64,000 nucleotides of DNA from Eledone cirrhosa (lineage: Eukaryota): assembly GCA_964016885.1 (NCBI GenBank), contig OZ024740.1, forward strand, positions 95,356,001 to 95,420,000, written 5' to 3'. Below the pieces are notes generated by a model that was given only the letters and a program-made list of their open reading frames with translations, was not told where the DNA came from and searched no databases. The position numbers and the translations under genes were made by a program. Positions 28,334 through 43,561 of the stretch are shown here, piece after piece. Within the stretch, counting starts at the first letter, position 1. Every line of letters begins with the position of its first letter.

Positions 28334-28453
28334 GGAGCAACGTGAAATAAAGTGTCTTGCTCAAGGACATAACGCATCGCCTGGTCCAGGAATCGAACTC
28401 ACAACCTTACGATTTCGAATCCAATTCTCTAACCACTCAGCCACACGCCTTCA
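28334..28453 (-). mobile_element. tRNA-derived SINE, 5' part
   Basis: Minus strand has A box TGGCTGAGTGG, B box GTTCGATTCC and core TCCTTGAGCAAGACACTTTATTTCAC. Confidence 0.85.
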
Positions 28454-28633
<180 letters not shown>

Positions 28634-28900
28634 AATGTAAGTATGCATGCATACGTACATACATATATGTATACAGACGTACAGTAGCATGCACATATAT
28701 ATATATATATACATATATACATACATATGCATACAGGTACACATACATATATGCACGTATCAGTTTAGCGGCGATAAAATATCGTTTTCGGTATGCCTGA
28801 CCGATTTAACTCACTCAATATGCAAATTAGGCTGCTCAGCCGTTAATTTTCATAAGGAAAGTATATACTTTCGAACGTTCAACTATCTGGCAGATGGGTA

Positions 28901-28945
28901 AACGGTGCTGATGATAGCTAACAAGCTTGAAACTAGTACATCGTT
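28901..28945 (+). ncRNA. Minimal type I hammerhead ribozyme, unit 1 (intact)
   Basis: aacggtg-CTGATGA-tagctaacaagctt-GAAAC-ta-GTA-catcgtt. Palindromic stem III ACTAGT. Confidence 0.9.
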
Positions 28946-29830
28946 CCTGTGTCAGTGTTGAACAAAAAGGTGACGTGGTTGCCTTAACACCGTATGGCAT
29001 AAATTCAGGCTGTTCAGTTTGTTTACAAACGAACAAAGCGACGTTAGCGCCGCTAAACTGATACGTGCATATATGTATGTGTACCTGTATGCATATGTAT
29101 GTATATATGTATATATATATATATATGTGCATGCTACTGTACGTCTGTATACATATATGTATGTACGTATGCATGCATACTTACATTTAAGTAAGTGCCA
29201 TACTAAGAGTGATAAATGAAATTTCGTTTTCATTTTGTTTCAATTTATCGTTTTCGGTATGCCTGACCGATTTAACTCACTCAATATGCAAATTAGGCTG
29301 CTCAGCCGTTAATTTTCATAAGGAAAGTATATACTTTCGAACGTTCAACTATCTGGCAGATGGGTAAACGGTGCTGATGTTAGCTAACAAGCTTGAAACT
29401 AGTACATCGTTCCTGTGTCAGTGTTGAACAAAAAGGTGACGTGGTTGCCTTAACACCGTATGGCATAAATTCAGGCTGTTCAGTTTGTTTACAAACGAAC
29501 AAAGCGACGTTAGCGCCGCTAAACTGATACGTGCATGTATGTATGTGTACCTGTATGCATATGTATGTATATATGTATATATATATATATGTGCATGCTA
29601 CTGTACGTCTGTATACATATATGTATGTACGTATGCATGCATACTTACATTTAAGTAAGTGCCATACTAAGAGTGAGAAATGAAATTTCGTTTTCATTTT
29701 GTTTCAATTTATCGTTTTCGGTATGCCTGACCGATTTAACTCACTCAATATGCAAATTAGGCTGCTCAGCCGTTAATTTTCATAAGGAAAGTATATACTT
29801 TCGAACGTTCAACTATCTGGCAGATGGGTA

Positions 29831-29875
29831 AACGGTGCTGATGATAGCTAACAAGCTTGAAACTAGTACATCGTT
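29831..29875 (+). ncRNA. Minimal type I hammerhead ribozyme, unit 3 (intact)
   Basis: Identical to unit 1. Unit 2 (29367-29411, CTGATGT) and unit 4 (30277-30320, C deleted) carry core lesions. Confidence 0.9.
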
Positions 29876-30619
29876 CCTGTGTCAGTGTTGAACAAAAAGG
29901 TGACGTGGTTGCCTTAACACCGTATGGCATAAATTCAGGCTGTTCAGTTTGTTTACAAACGAACAAAGCGACGTTAGCGCCGCTAAACTGATACGTGCAT
30001 CTATGTATGTGTACCTGTATGCGTATATATGTATATATATATATGTGCATGCTACTGTATACATATATGTATGTACGTATGCATGCATACTTACATTTAA
30101 GTAAGTGCCATACTAAGAGTGAGAAATGAAATTTCGTTTTCATTTTGTTTCAATTTATCGTTTTCGGTATGCCTGACCGATTTAACTCACTCAATATGCA
30201 AATTAGGCTGCTCAGCCGTTAATTTTCATAAGGAAAGTATATACTTTCGAACGTTCAACTATCTGGCAGATGGGTAAACGGTGTGATGATAGCTAACAAG
30301 CTTGAAACTAGTACATCGTTCCTGTGTCATTGTTGAACAAAAAGGTGACGTGGTTGCCTTAACACCGTATGGCATAAATTCAGGCTGTTCAGTTTGTTTA
30401 CAAACGAACAAAGCGACGTTAGCGCCGCTAAACTGATACGTGCATATATGTATGTGTACCTGTATGCATATGTATGTATATATGTATATATATATATATA
30501 TATGTGCATGCTACTGTACGTCTGTATACATATATGTATGTACGTATGCATGCATACTTACATTTAAGTAAGTGCCATACTAAGAGTGAGAAATGAAATT
30601 TCGTTTTCATTTTGTTTCA

Positions 30620-30676
<57 letters not shown>

Positions 30677-30678
30677 GT

Positions 30679-31149
30679 TAAACGGAATAGAAAATGCTGA
30701 CAAATTGTTCACAGTTGAAAAATGGTTTAATTAGGAATAAAAGAGTATTAGTGATTGTATGGGTTAGTATTCAGTTGTGGTTTTGAGTTTTTAAGTGTTT
30801 ACCGGTTGCGCATTTTTAAATGCTTTTCAAAAATAATTTTGAGATAGAGTGTCCGTGCTGTTTGCTCTGATCTGATTAGTTTTGGGAATTCTACCTGTTT
30901 TTATGTTAAAAAAGTGGCTCCAGCGTTAATTTGGTGTTGCAAAATTTCTTGTGGTCAAAACAATTTTGATTGGTCGGTAGAGGTCATGCGAGTGTAAACA
31001 ATCGATTTTGCGCCAAGACTGTTTTTATGTTAAAAAAGTGGCTCCAGCAACAATTTTTGTGGTCAAAACAATTTTGATTGGTCGGTAGAGGTCATATGAA
31101 TAAAACATTGGTTTTGCGCCAAGATTGAGAAATGACTCTTTCACGAAAA

Positions 31150-31210
<61 letters not shown>

Positions 31211-31324
31211 TGTATGTGTGTGTGTATGTGTGTATGTGTGTGTGTGTGTGTAGTAGTAGTAGTAAGGTGTTCGATGTTGTGATAATGGTAAGCAGCGATG
31301 TGTGTCAAATGGCTATTGAGATAA

Positions 31325-31357
<33 letters not shown>

Positions 31358-31558
31358 GCAGAGTAATTCGTGGTGTCAGGGATGGTCAGTAAGAATGTGT
31401 CTGAAAGCAATGGGGGGTATTTTAGCATGTCTAAAGATATTTTTCAGCTTTTGTCTTATACGGAGAAGTGCGTGTGTGTGTGTGTGTATATAAGTCTCTT
31501 TGTACGTTGATGTACGCGTGTGTATGTGTGTGTGTTTATATATATATGTGTGTGTATT

Positions 31559-31601
<43 letters not shown>

Positions 31602-34600
31602 ACCAGTATTTTTTCCCCCTGGTAAAATGGTGTACATTATTCGATTTTTTCAGTAAAATCGGTTCTCTTAATAGAACATCAAAAATCTTAACGATAAAAG
31701 GTGTGAAATGATATTCTTTATATATATATATACACACATACATATATTCACTATATACATATATATATATATATACACATATATACATATATATACACAT
31801 ATATATGCACATATATTTTTTTGTGTTGCACCATAGAGCATGTGTGTTTACGTATGTCATTGTGTTTATATGTGGGTAGAGATGTGTGCTGATGTAGGTA
31901 TGTATGTTGACGTGCGTATGTTGTACTTTCGTCTTAGGGAGAAGTGTTTAGACGGGGTCCATATTTGTTAATGAAGTTAGATTCCTTGATGATGCGCTGG
32001 GTGTGGGTGGCATTATCTTTAAATTTGTAGAGGGGAAAGATTCTGAAGTTGGGATGATTTTGGGCGGCACAGGTATTTTGTTCACTCAGTGGTATTTTCC
32101 TGTATTCCCGTATTTTAATTTGGGATCTATGGACAGTCATGCATTGGCGGAGGCTGATTTTGGTCTGGCCTATGTATTGTTCTGGACAACCTGAACAAGT
32201 TAATACATATATTAGATTTTCCGATGCACATGTGAAATTGTGTTTTACTATAAAACGTTATCCATCTTTGAAATAGAATTCCGAACCCTTTATTAGGCTG
32301 ATGCAAATGCCACAGTTGGGTCTATCGCATTTTTTTACTGTGAGTTTCGTTGTTGTGGTTGGCAGTACTTTGGCATGTGTTAAGATGTTTTTCATTGACT
32401 TGGATTGTCTTTTGCTATTTATGATATCGTGTGTTCGTAGAATTTGGTTCATTCTATGGTCCTTTTTTATTACAGGGATGTTCTGGAGGATGGTGTCAAA
32501 GGACTCATTGTTGAGGGGGTTGTGTGTGGAGATGTATGGAAGAGCTTTTAGTTTTGGTTGATTTACTTTAGGGTGTCAAAGGTCCTGGGTACTGAGTTTT
32601 AGGGCACGTTGGATTCCATTGTCAATTAGTGATGCAGGGTAGTCCCTGCCTATGAGTGTGTCCTTTAGTTCTTGTAGCCGTAAGTAGCAGATGTTTTTAT
32701 TGGAGACTATAGTACAGATTCTTTTGGCTAAGTTGTAGGGAATATTAATTTTAACGTGTCTGGGGTGGCAAGAGTTGATGGGATACCTGGAAATCACCCT
32801 CTACACTAAAGTCCTAAACGAATTTGGAAACACCTTCTACTTACACATTGAAAGGAACTGGAAGCGATATCTAGATGACTGCTTCATCCTTTGGCACGAA
32901 AACATCGAAAAACTTAAAGAATTTCACACCCTTATAAATGGGCTCAACACAAATATTAACTTCACGATGGAATGCAGCCATCAACAACTCCCCTTCCTCG
33001 ACATCCTCATTAATATCCATAACAAAAAATAAAAACAGACATATACTACAAGCCCACAGACTCCAAGCAATATCTCCCCTTCAACTCTTGCCACCCCAGA
33101 CACGTCAAAACTAATATTCCCTACAACTTAGCCAAAAGAATCTGTACTATAGTCTCCAATAAAAACATCTGGTACTTAAGGCTACAAGAACTAAAGGACA
33201 CACTCATAGGCAGGGACTACCCGTCATCACTAATTGACAATGGAATCCAACGTGCCCTAAAACTCAGTACCCAGGAACTTAGACACCCTAAAGTAAATCA
33301 ACCAAAACTAAAAGCTCTTCCATACATCTCCACACACAACCCCCTCAACAATGAGGCCTTTGACACCATCCTCCAGAACATCCCTGTACAGAAAAAGGAC
33401 CATAGAATGAACCAAATTCTACGAACACACGATATCATAAAGAGCAAAAGACAATCCAAGTCAATGAAAAACATCTTAACACATGCCAAAGTACTGCCAA
33501 CCACAACAACGAAACCCACAGTAAAAAAATGCGATAGACCCAACTGTGGCATTTGCATCAACCTAATAGAGGGTTCGGAATTCTATTTCAAAGATGGACA
33601 ACGTTTTATAGTAAAACACAATTTCACATGTGCATCGGAAAATCTAATATATGTATTAACTTGTTCAGGTTGTCCAGAACAATACATAGGCCAGACCAAA
33701 AACAGCCTCCGCCAACGCATGACTGTCCATAGATACCAAATTAAAATACGGGAATACAGGAAAATACCACTGAGTGAACACATTGATACCTGTGCCGCCC
33801 AAAATCATCCCAACTTCAAAATCTTTCCCCTCTACAAATTTAAAGATAATGCCACCCACACCCAGCGCATAATCAAGGAATCTAACTTCATTAACAAATA
33901 CGCACCCCGTCTAAACACTTCTCCCTAAGACAAACCCATAACATACACACGTCAACATACATACCTACATCAGCACACATATCTACCCACATATAAACAC
34001 AATGACATACGTAAACACACATGCTCTATGGTGCAACACAAACAAATATATGTGCATATATATGTGTATATATATGTATAGATGTGTATATATATATATA
34101 TATGTATATAGTGAATATATGTATGTGTGTATATATATATAGTGAATATCATTTCACACCTTTTACTGTTAAGATTTTTGATGTTCTATTAAGAGAACCG
34201 ATTTTACTGAAAAAATCGAATAATGTACACCATTTTACTAGGGGAAAAAATACGGGTCCACCCACACACACACATATGTACACACACACATACACACGCG
34301 TACATCAACATACAAAGAGACTTATATACACACACACACACACACACACACGCGCACTTCTCCGTATAAGACAAAAGCTGAAAAATATCTTTTGACGTGC
34401 TAAAATGCCCCCCATTGCTTTCAGACACATTCTTACTGACCATCCCTGCCACCACGAATTACTCTGCTATATACACACACACACACACACACACACGCTT
34501 ATCTCAATAGCCATTTGACACACATCGCTGCTTACCATTATCACAACATCGAACACCTTACTACTACTACTAAACACACACACACACACACACACACATA

Positions 34601-35115
34601 TTTGTTGTGAAAGAGTCATTTCTCAATCTTGGCGCATAACCAATTTTTTATTCACATGACCTCTACCGATCAATCAAAATTGTTTTGACCACAAGAATTG
34701 TTGCTGGAGCCACTTTTTTAACATAAAAAACAGTCTTGGCGCAAAATCAATTTGTTACACTCACATGACCTCTACCGACCAATCAAAATTGTTTTGACCA
34801 CAAGAAATTTTGCAACACCAAAGTAACGCTGGAGCCACTTTTTTAACATAAAAACAGGTAGAATTCCCAAAACTAATCAGATCAGAGCAAACAGCACGGA
34901 CACTCTACCTCAAAATTATTTTTGAAAAGTATTTAGAAATGCGCAACCGGTAAAAACTTAAAAACTCAAAACCACAACTGAATACTAACCATACAATCAC
35001 TAATACTCTTATATTCCTAATTAAACCATTTTTCAACTGTGAACAATTTGTCAGCATTTTCTATTCCGTTTACCAATATATAATAACTTTTGTGTTACAC
35101 CTCTATTCTTTTAAC
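30679..35115 (+). mobile_element. Neptune-type PLE inserted as a 4.4-kb quasi-palindrome
   Basis: 30679-32778 is the reverse complement of 33081-35072. The spacer continues the + strand RT. (TA)n on both sides. Confidence 0.9.
32778..33928 (+). pseudogene. PLE RT(3' part)-GIY-YIG ORF, one frameshift near 33030
   Basis: WKRYLDDCF, LPFLD, YYKPTDS..SCHP, linker CDRPNCGIC, LIYVLTCSGC..YIGQT, and His residues completing CCHH. Confidence 0.92.
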
Positions 35116-35120
35116 TATAT

Positions 35121-35154
<34 letters not shown>

Positions 35155-35229
35155 ATATATATATATATACATATATATATTTATATATATATATAAATAT
35201 ATATATATATACATATACATATATATATA

Positions 35230-37110
35230 AGGACTGGCGTAGCAGCATCATCGTTATATGTTACAAGGTTAAAGGAGACGCCCTAGATAGGAGTAACTAT
35301 AGAGGCATTAAATTAATCGACCAGGTCATGAAGGTCAGGTAAAAAGTAATAGCGCAACTAATCAGAGAGAAAATTGATCTAGATCAAATGCAGTTCGGGT
35401 TTGTGTCAGGCAAAAGTACCACAAACTCTCCTTTCATTGTACGACAACTACAGGAGAAGTACCTAGCTAAAATTAAACCCATATACTTAGCTTTTGTCGA
35501 CTTGAAGAAAGCCTTCGACAGAGTCCCCCGTTCCATTATCTGGTGGGCTCTTAGAAAACTAGGTGTTGACGAATGGCTTGTGAGAGTTATACAAGCCATG
35601 TATAAAGAAAGAGTCAGCAAGGTTTAAATTAACAACGAATATAGTGAAGAGTTTAGCGTAAAAGTTGGTGTCCATCAGGGCTCTGTTCTTAGCCCCCTAC
35701 TATGTATTATTGCCCTTCAGGCTATAACAGAGGAGTTCAAGACGGCTGCCCATGGGAACTCCTATACGCAGATGATCTAACGCTCATAGCTGAATCAATG
35801 GCCGAGCTAGAGAAGAAATTCCAAACATGGAAGCACGGCCTAGAATCAAAAGGCCTTAAAATTAACCTGGCTAAGACTAAAGTTCTAGTTTGTAGGAAAG
35901 AAAATAAGGCGCCGGTCCCTTCCGGGAAATGGCCATGCTCAGTGTGTAGGAAAGGCGTAGGTAGAAACCCCATTTTATGTCCCAAATGCAAAGTATGGGT
36001 GCATAAAAGATGTAGTGGGATCACAGGTAAGCTAACTAAGAACACAGATTTTACATGTGGCCGGTGCAATAAGTAGCAGCAAGTGCCCACGAAATACTAG
36101 CTCTTTCAATTGCGCAGAGGGTTCTTTAGAAATAGTGGACAGCTTCCGTTACCTGGGTGACAAAATCAGCAGTGGGGGTGGGTGCTCCGAAAGTACAGTA
36201 GCTAGAGTAAGAACTGGATGGAAAAAGTTCAGAGAGCTTATACCACTATTAACCGCTAAAGGGTTCTCCCTAAAAATGAAAGGCACGTTGTATGATGCCT
36301 GCATACGAACAGCAATGTTGCATGGCAGTGATACCTGGGCATTGTGTGCAGAGGATAAACGCAGACTAGAGAGGAACGAAGCTTGCATGCTCCGCTGGAT
36401 GTGTAATAGTAATATACGTGAACGGCAAAGCATAAACGAACTAAGGAAAAACATAGAAATAAGAGGGATCAGATGTTGTTTACTCGAGAGAAGGCTACGT
36501 TGGTATGGTCACGTGATGCGCATGAAAGACGACATCTGTATAACAAAGTGCAGGGCAATAAAGATAGATGGTAGCCACGGAGTAGGCAGACCCAGAAAAA
36601 CCTGGGACAAGCTGATACATTCCGACCTCACACACTTACACCTCTCCAAGAAAATGTCACTGGACCGAGACCTTTGGCGGTACTCAGTAATAGAGAAGAC
36701 CCGCCTTACCTAAATACAAAGTGAAACCTACTACAATCAGTAGGCATCTCTAACAAAATACACCCCCGTCCCATTACCCCCACCCCATCCACACCGCCCC
36801 TTTCAATGTAAAGTTATGTTGGTGCCACAACATCCAGGCCGAAACAAATGAGATCGTGTAGGTGTCACGACAAAAAAACACACGGTCCACGCTGTAATTT
36901 GGCCGTGTAGGCAACACGGTAAAAACCTCCCAGTTCCACACTGTAAATGTGGTTGGTGTTAGGAAGGGCATCCAGCTGTAGAAAACCCGCCAGACAGTCC
37001 TATGCGAGCAATACAACCACTCTTGCCTCAAGTGGGAAAACTCCCGTCCAAACCCATGCAAGCGTGGAATATGGACGTTAAACGATGATGATGATGATGA
37101 TGATGATGAT
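35230..37110 (+). mobile_element. 5'-truncated RTE-clade LINE with a Cys-rich finger in the RT region and an (ATG)n tail
   Basis: NYRGIKL, QFGFVSG, FVDLKKAFDRV, VHQGSVLSP, LLYADDL, FRYLGD, RRLRWYGHVMR and GRPRKTW. Tail GATGATGAT at 37084-37110. Confidence 0.92.
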
Positions 37111-37112
37111 AT

Positions 37113-37987
<875 letters not shown>

Positions 37988-38101
37988 ATATATGTAGGAG
38001 GTGAGCTTTATTATAGTACAATAAAGCAATGCAGATATCGGATAAGTAGGACTGGAGTATAAATACTATGAGATCAAATGTTGGTTAAAAGAATGCAATG
38101 C

Positions 38102-38170
38102 ATTCTATTATGCGCATTTCAAAAACAAATATTATCATGAGATGACATTTGCGTTTTCGTCAGATAAAAT
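38102..38170 (-). ncRNA. Type I hammerhead ribozyme
   Basis: Minus strand: attttat-CTGACGA-long stem II-GAA-ATGCGCAT-A-atagaat. Palindromic stem III, AUA site. Confidence 0.8.
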
Positions 38171-40483
38171 AAGGAGACATGATATGAAAGTTAAAATACA
38201 CTTGTGAATAGTGCAGTCTTAAATCAACATATGAAAAGTAATTTAAGATTGATGTGTGATATTGGGAAAAAACGAGGGGAGGGGCGTTGGAAAGGATGTA
38301 AAAGAGGAGGAGATGAGAGTAAAGAATGGTGGGGGGGATTATAATATGGAAGGATGAGATAGCAGGAGAGATGGGTGATAGAAAGAGAGAGATAGCCTTT
38401 ATAACTGAGAAAATATATTGTTTCACAGAGAGAGGTTAAAAAGCCGTTGGAAGATAATATATAATTTAAAAGAATTTGAAAATTGATGAAGAGAAAAAAT
38501 TTAATGAAGAAAAAAAAAAAATTAAGAATAATGTTAAATTAAGGTTTGTATATTGAAGGGTTTAATTTATATGTGCGATGAAAAGAAATTGTTAATATGT
38601 ATTAAGAATAATATTAAATTGAGATTTGTATATTGAAGGGTTTAATAATATGTGCGATGAAAAGAAATTGTTATATGTATTATTAAAATAAAAAGATTAA
38701 TGTTATTAAGCATATAATGTGAAAAGAAGTAGAAAAGTGGATACATTATGAATTTATAGGTATTAGTTAGTGTTAAGTTTGTTTTATGTAATGTAATATG
38801 TATGCGTAATATATGTAAATAGTTTGTTTACAAATGAGCGCAGAAACAAAGAAGAAAATAGTGTTTAAGGAAGAGAAGACTCTAACAACAAAATATATAT
38901 GTTTATGAAGTATTTCCTAATGGTAATAATATAATATAATGTAATAAAGGAGATTAGTTAGGGTTTAAGTTTGTTTTTATGTATTATGATATGTAATTGT
39001 AAAAGTTAGACGAGCATGAAAGGGAGTAAACAATATAATGAATTGAGGAGGAATAATCTAACGTCAAAAAATGATTATGTATACGAAGGATTTTTAAAGG
39101 TAATACTATAAAGTATTTAAAAGGTAATAATACGTTTTATGGTCAATGATATGAAGGAAGAAGGAAGAGTGGGTATATTGCGGTGAGTAATAATAAGAAT
39201 TGAGAAGTATCTAGGAAGAAAAAGTACAGATTAGAGGTTAGTAATTAAAGGAAAAGAGGAAGAAAGGGAATTGATAAATAGGAATGATATAGAATGAGTA
39301 ACTAGTGTTATATAATGTATAATAAATCACATTAAAATAAGGTAGAAAGATTGGTATATTTAAAGAAATATATATATATGCCTTTGAGAAAAAGGATTTT
39401 AATCTGGTAAAGTATTACATATTAGCTGTATACTTTATGGAATGTTCTGTGGAATTTATGCAAGCAGAGAGAAAATAAGTCAGTGCGTCTATTTATTATG
39501 AAATCTAAATTAGATATAATGGTAAATCTCTACCATAAACAAAGATTACATGTTTTGGATAGAGAGGCATTCAAGTACAGAGAGACAGAACAAACTTTCC
39601 TCCAAGAGATGTTATAGTTAATACCTTTGTCTTTCAAGGACCATACGAGTTCTGAGAGTGCTGTGTTGCTTCTTTTAAGTTGGTACTTAAAAGAAGAATG
39701 GTGATTATAAACACGGGCTTTGAAGGAGGTGGAAGTGGAGGCAAAACAGGTAAAGGAATTGGTGTGCGTTATAACTTTACATTCATAGATTAAGTTTGTT
39801 TCAAGACAATGGTTGTTGAGAGGACATTTATTTTTAACAGGGCAATTACAATTGCGATTAGAGATATTAACAGAGTTATTAACAAGTGACCTAGTGCTAT
39901 GTATAGGAGGAATTGGATTGGAGAAGTTATTTACTATAGGAATAATAGATTCCTGATTTAGATTGGTATTAAGAACATTTGACGAAGTAACGTTTTACGT
40001 CGTATCTGGGTTTGCAGAATCTAGCCTAGAGTTAACAATGACGTCGGGGTTCTACTGCTATTATTATGACATTCAGTGTTGGAAGGAAGTGATTTAGTAT
40101 TTAATATTTTATTGTTGTGTTTGAGATAACTTTCGAGATGTTGGAGGAGGTGGAATAGGAAAATGTTATAGTATGTTTGTTAAATATTTTACGATAGATA
40201 TGTAAGGGAGGGAAGCATTTATGTAGGGCACTAAAGAATAATTTAGGAATATTATTTTTCATAAAGATGGAGAAAGGAACATTATACCACATTATATTTT
40301 TGTATCTAGGCCTTTTATTAAAGTTATTGGAATGATCATAATTAATTATTTTACTGTAAGATCTTCTAGGATTGGTTTATTTACTGTATTTGATTTTATC
40401 AGAATAACCGGCTTTAGATGAGAGGTTTGATATTCATTTTCCAATATTACTAACTATAGCATGTTAAATGTCTAACTTACATT

Positions 40484-42230
40484 TAAGTTAGACATTTTCT
40501 TATCCACCTCCTCTAATTGGTCTACTTTCTAACTTAAATTTATGGTTTGGTACATCTGAAGTAATTGGCTGGTTCAACAACTTGAATAAGAAAAACAAAC
40601 AAAAATGTATTCAATTTGATATTGAATACATTTTTCTATTCTTCTATTTCGCTCTCACTTCTCAACAATGCTCTATATTTCGCTTATAAATATTCAAACA
40701 TCACCACAGAGGAACTTCACATCATTCTCACCGCACGTAAAACCATCTTAGAATTCAACAATGAATACTGGACTAGAGCTGATACCTCCAACAACTTTGA
40801 CATTACAGTGGATGCATCAGATTCATCCCAATTGACAGATTTAATTGGTATCTTTATTTTAAACTCTTTGTATCGGAAAATTCCACAACTTCGCGGTGGA
40901 ATTTATCGGGATGATGGACATTTTACTATCATAAATTGCAACATAGTTAACCTTAATATTAGTAAGAACAATATACATGATCTCTTTAACGAACATAACT
41001 TAAAAATAGAATTTGATAACAACGTCAAACTAGCTAACTTCTTGGATATATCCCTTAATCTTGACACTGGCCTATATTACCCTTACCATAAAAACAATGA
41101 GAATCTAAATTATGTTAATTTTAAATATAAGCACACCACTAACATTAAAAATGCTATAGATAGTGTAATTGAAAAAAGAATATCAAACCTATCATCTAAT
41201 AAAAATATCTTTGATGCTAACGCCAATTACTATAATAACGCGCTTTCTAAAGCCGGTTATCCTGATAAAATCAAATACAGTAAAGAAACCAATCCTAGAA
41301 GATCTTACAGTAAAATAATTAATTATGATAATTCTAATAACTTTAATAAAAGGCCTAGATACAAAATTATAATCTGGTATAATGCTCATTTCTCCATCTC
41401 TATTAATAATAATATTCCTAAATTATTCTTCAGGGCCTTGCATAAATGCATGCCTCCCTCACATATCTATAGTAAAATATTTAACAAACATACAATAACA
41501 TTATCCTATTCCACCTCCTCCAACATCTCCAACATTATCTGTAAACACAACAATAAAATATTAAATACTAAATCACTTCCTTCCAACACTGAATGTCATA
41601 ATAATAGCAGTAGAACTCCCGACGTCATTGTTAACTCTAGGGTAGTTTCTGCAAACCCAAATACGACGTCAAACGTTACTTCGTCAAATGTTCTTAATAC
41701 CAAACTAAATCAGGAAATTATTATTCCTATCGTAAATAACTTCTCCAATCCAATTCCTCCTATAGATAACACTAGGTCACTTGTCAGTAACTCTGTTAAT
41801 TTTTCTAATCGCAATTGTTATACCCCTGTTAAAAATAAATGTCCTCTCAACAATCTTTGTCTTGAAAAAAACTTAATCTATGAATGTAAAGTTATAACTG
41901 ACACCAATTCCTTTACCTGTTTTGGCTCCACTTCCACCTCCTTTAAAGCCCATCTTTATAATCATGATTCTTCTTTTAAATACCAACTTAAAAGAACCAA
42001 CACAGCCTTCTCGGAACTCGTATGGTCGTTGAAAGAAAAAGGTATTAACTATAACATCTCTTGGAGGAAAATTTGTTCTGCCTCTCCCTACGTGAATGCC
42101 TCTTTATCCAAACCATGTTAAATTTGTTTATGTGATAAATGTACCATTATATCTAATTTAAATTCTATAATAAATAGACGCATTGACTTATTTTCTCTCT
42201 GCTTGCATACATTCCACAGAACATTCCATA
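40484..42230 (+). pseudogene. Decayed PLE RT-GIY-YIG ORF (includes ORF 40616-42121)
   Basis: IQFDIE, GGIYRDDG, NFLDI, YPYHK, C-x-x-x5-CPLNNLC (CNC retained in the left arm), LIYECKV and LVWSLK. Confidence 0.9.
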
Positions 42231-43490
42231 AAGTATACAGCTAATATATAATACTTTACCAGTTTAAAATCCTTTTTCTCAAAGGCATATATATATATAT
42301 TTCTTTAAATATACCCATCTTTCTACCTTATTTCAATGTTATTTATTATACATTATATAACACTAATTACTCATTCTATATCAATCCTATTTATCAATTC
42401 CCTTTCTTCCTCTTTTCTTTTAATTTCTAACCTCTAATATGTACTTTTTCTTCCTAGATACTTCTCAATTCTTATTATTACTCACCACAATATAACCACT
42501 CTTCCTTCTTCCTTCATATCATTGACCATAAAACTTATGATTACCTTTTTAATACTTTATTGTATTACCTTTAAAAATTCTTCGTAAACATAAACATTGT
42601 TTGACGTTAGATTATTCCTCCTCTATTCATTATATTCTTTTCTCCCTTTCATGCTCGTCTAACTTTTACATATTACATATCATAATACATAAAAACAAAC
42701 TTAAACCCTAACTAATCTCCTTTATTACATTATATTATATTATTACCATTAGGAAATACTTCATAAACATATATATTTTGTTGTTAGAGTCTTCTCTTCC
42801 TTAAACACTATTTTCTTCTTTGTTTCTGCGCTCATTTGTAAACAAACTATTTACATATATTACGCATACATATTACATTACATAAAAACAAACTTAAACA
42901 CTAACTAATTCCTCTAAATCCATAATTCATCCACTCCTCTACTTCTTTTCACATTATATCCTTAATAACATTAATATTTTTTTAATTTAATAATACATAT
43001 TAACAATTTCTTTTCGTAGCACGTATTATTAAACCCTTCAATATGCAAACCTCAATTTAATATTATTCTTAATACATATTAACAATTTCTTTTCATCGCA
43101 CATATTCTTAAACCCTTCAATATACAAACCTTAATTTAACATTATTGTTAATTTTTTTTTCTCTTCATTAATTTTTTTCTCTTCATCAATTTTCAAATTC
43201 TTTTAAATTATCTTCCAACGGCTTTTTAACCTCTCTCTGTGAAACAATATATTGTTCTCAGTTATAAAGGCTATCTCTCTCTTTCTAACACCAATCTCTC
43301 CTCCTATCTCAACCTTCCTTATTATACTTCTCCCCAACGATTCTTTACTCTGATCTCTTCCTCTTTTTCATCCTTACCACCCCCTCCCATTGTTATCCCA
43401 ATATCACGCATCAATCTTAAATTACGTTTCACATGTTGATTTAAACTGCACTATTCACAAGTGTTTTTAAACATTCATATCATGTCTCCC

Positions 43491-43561
43491 TATTTTATCT
43501 GACGAAAACGCAAATGCCATCTCATAATGATATTTGTTTTTGAAATGCGCAAAATAAAATA
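43491..43561 (+). ncRNA. Type I hammerhead ribozyme with mutated cleavage triplet
   Basis: tattttat-CTGACGA..GAAATGCGCAAA-ataaaata (ATA>AAA). Confidence 0.7.

Noticed and set aside
28780-30624. CRISPR array or plain satellite
   Set aside because: No unique spacers and a eukaryotic context. The HHRs and 5' inversion point to retro-mobilisation.
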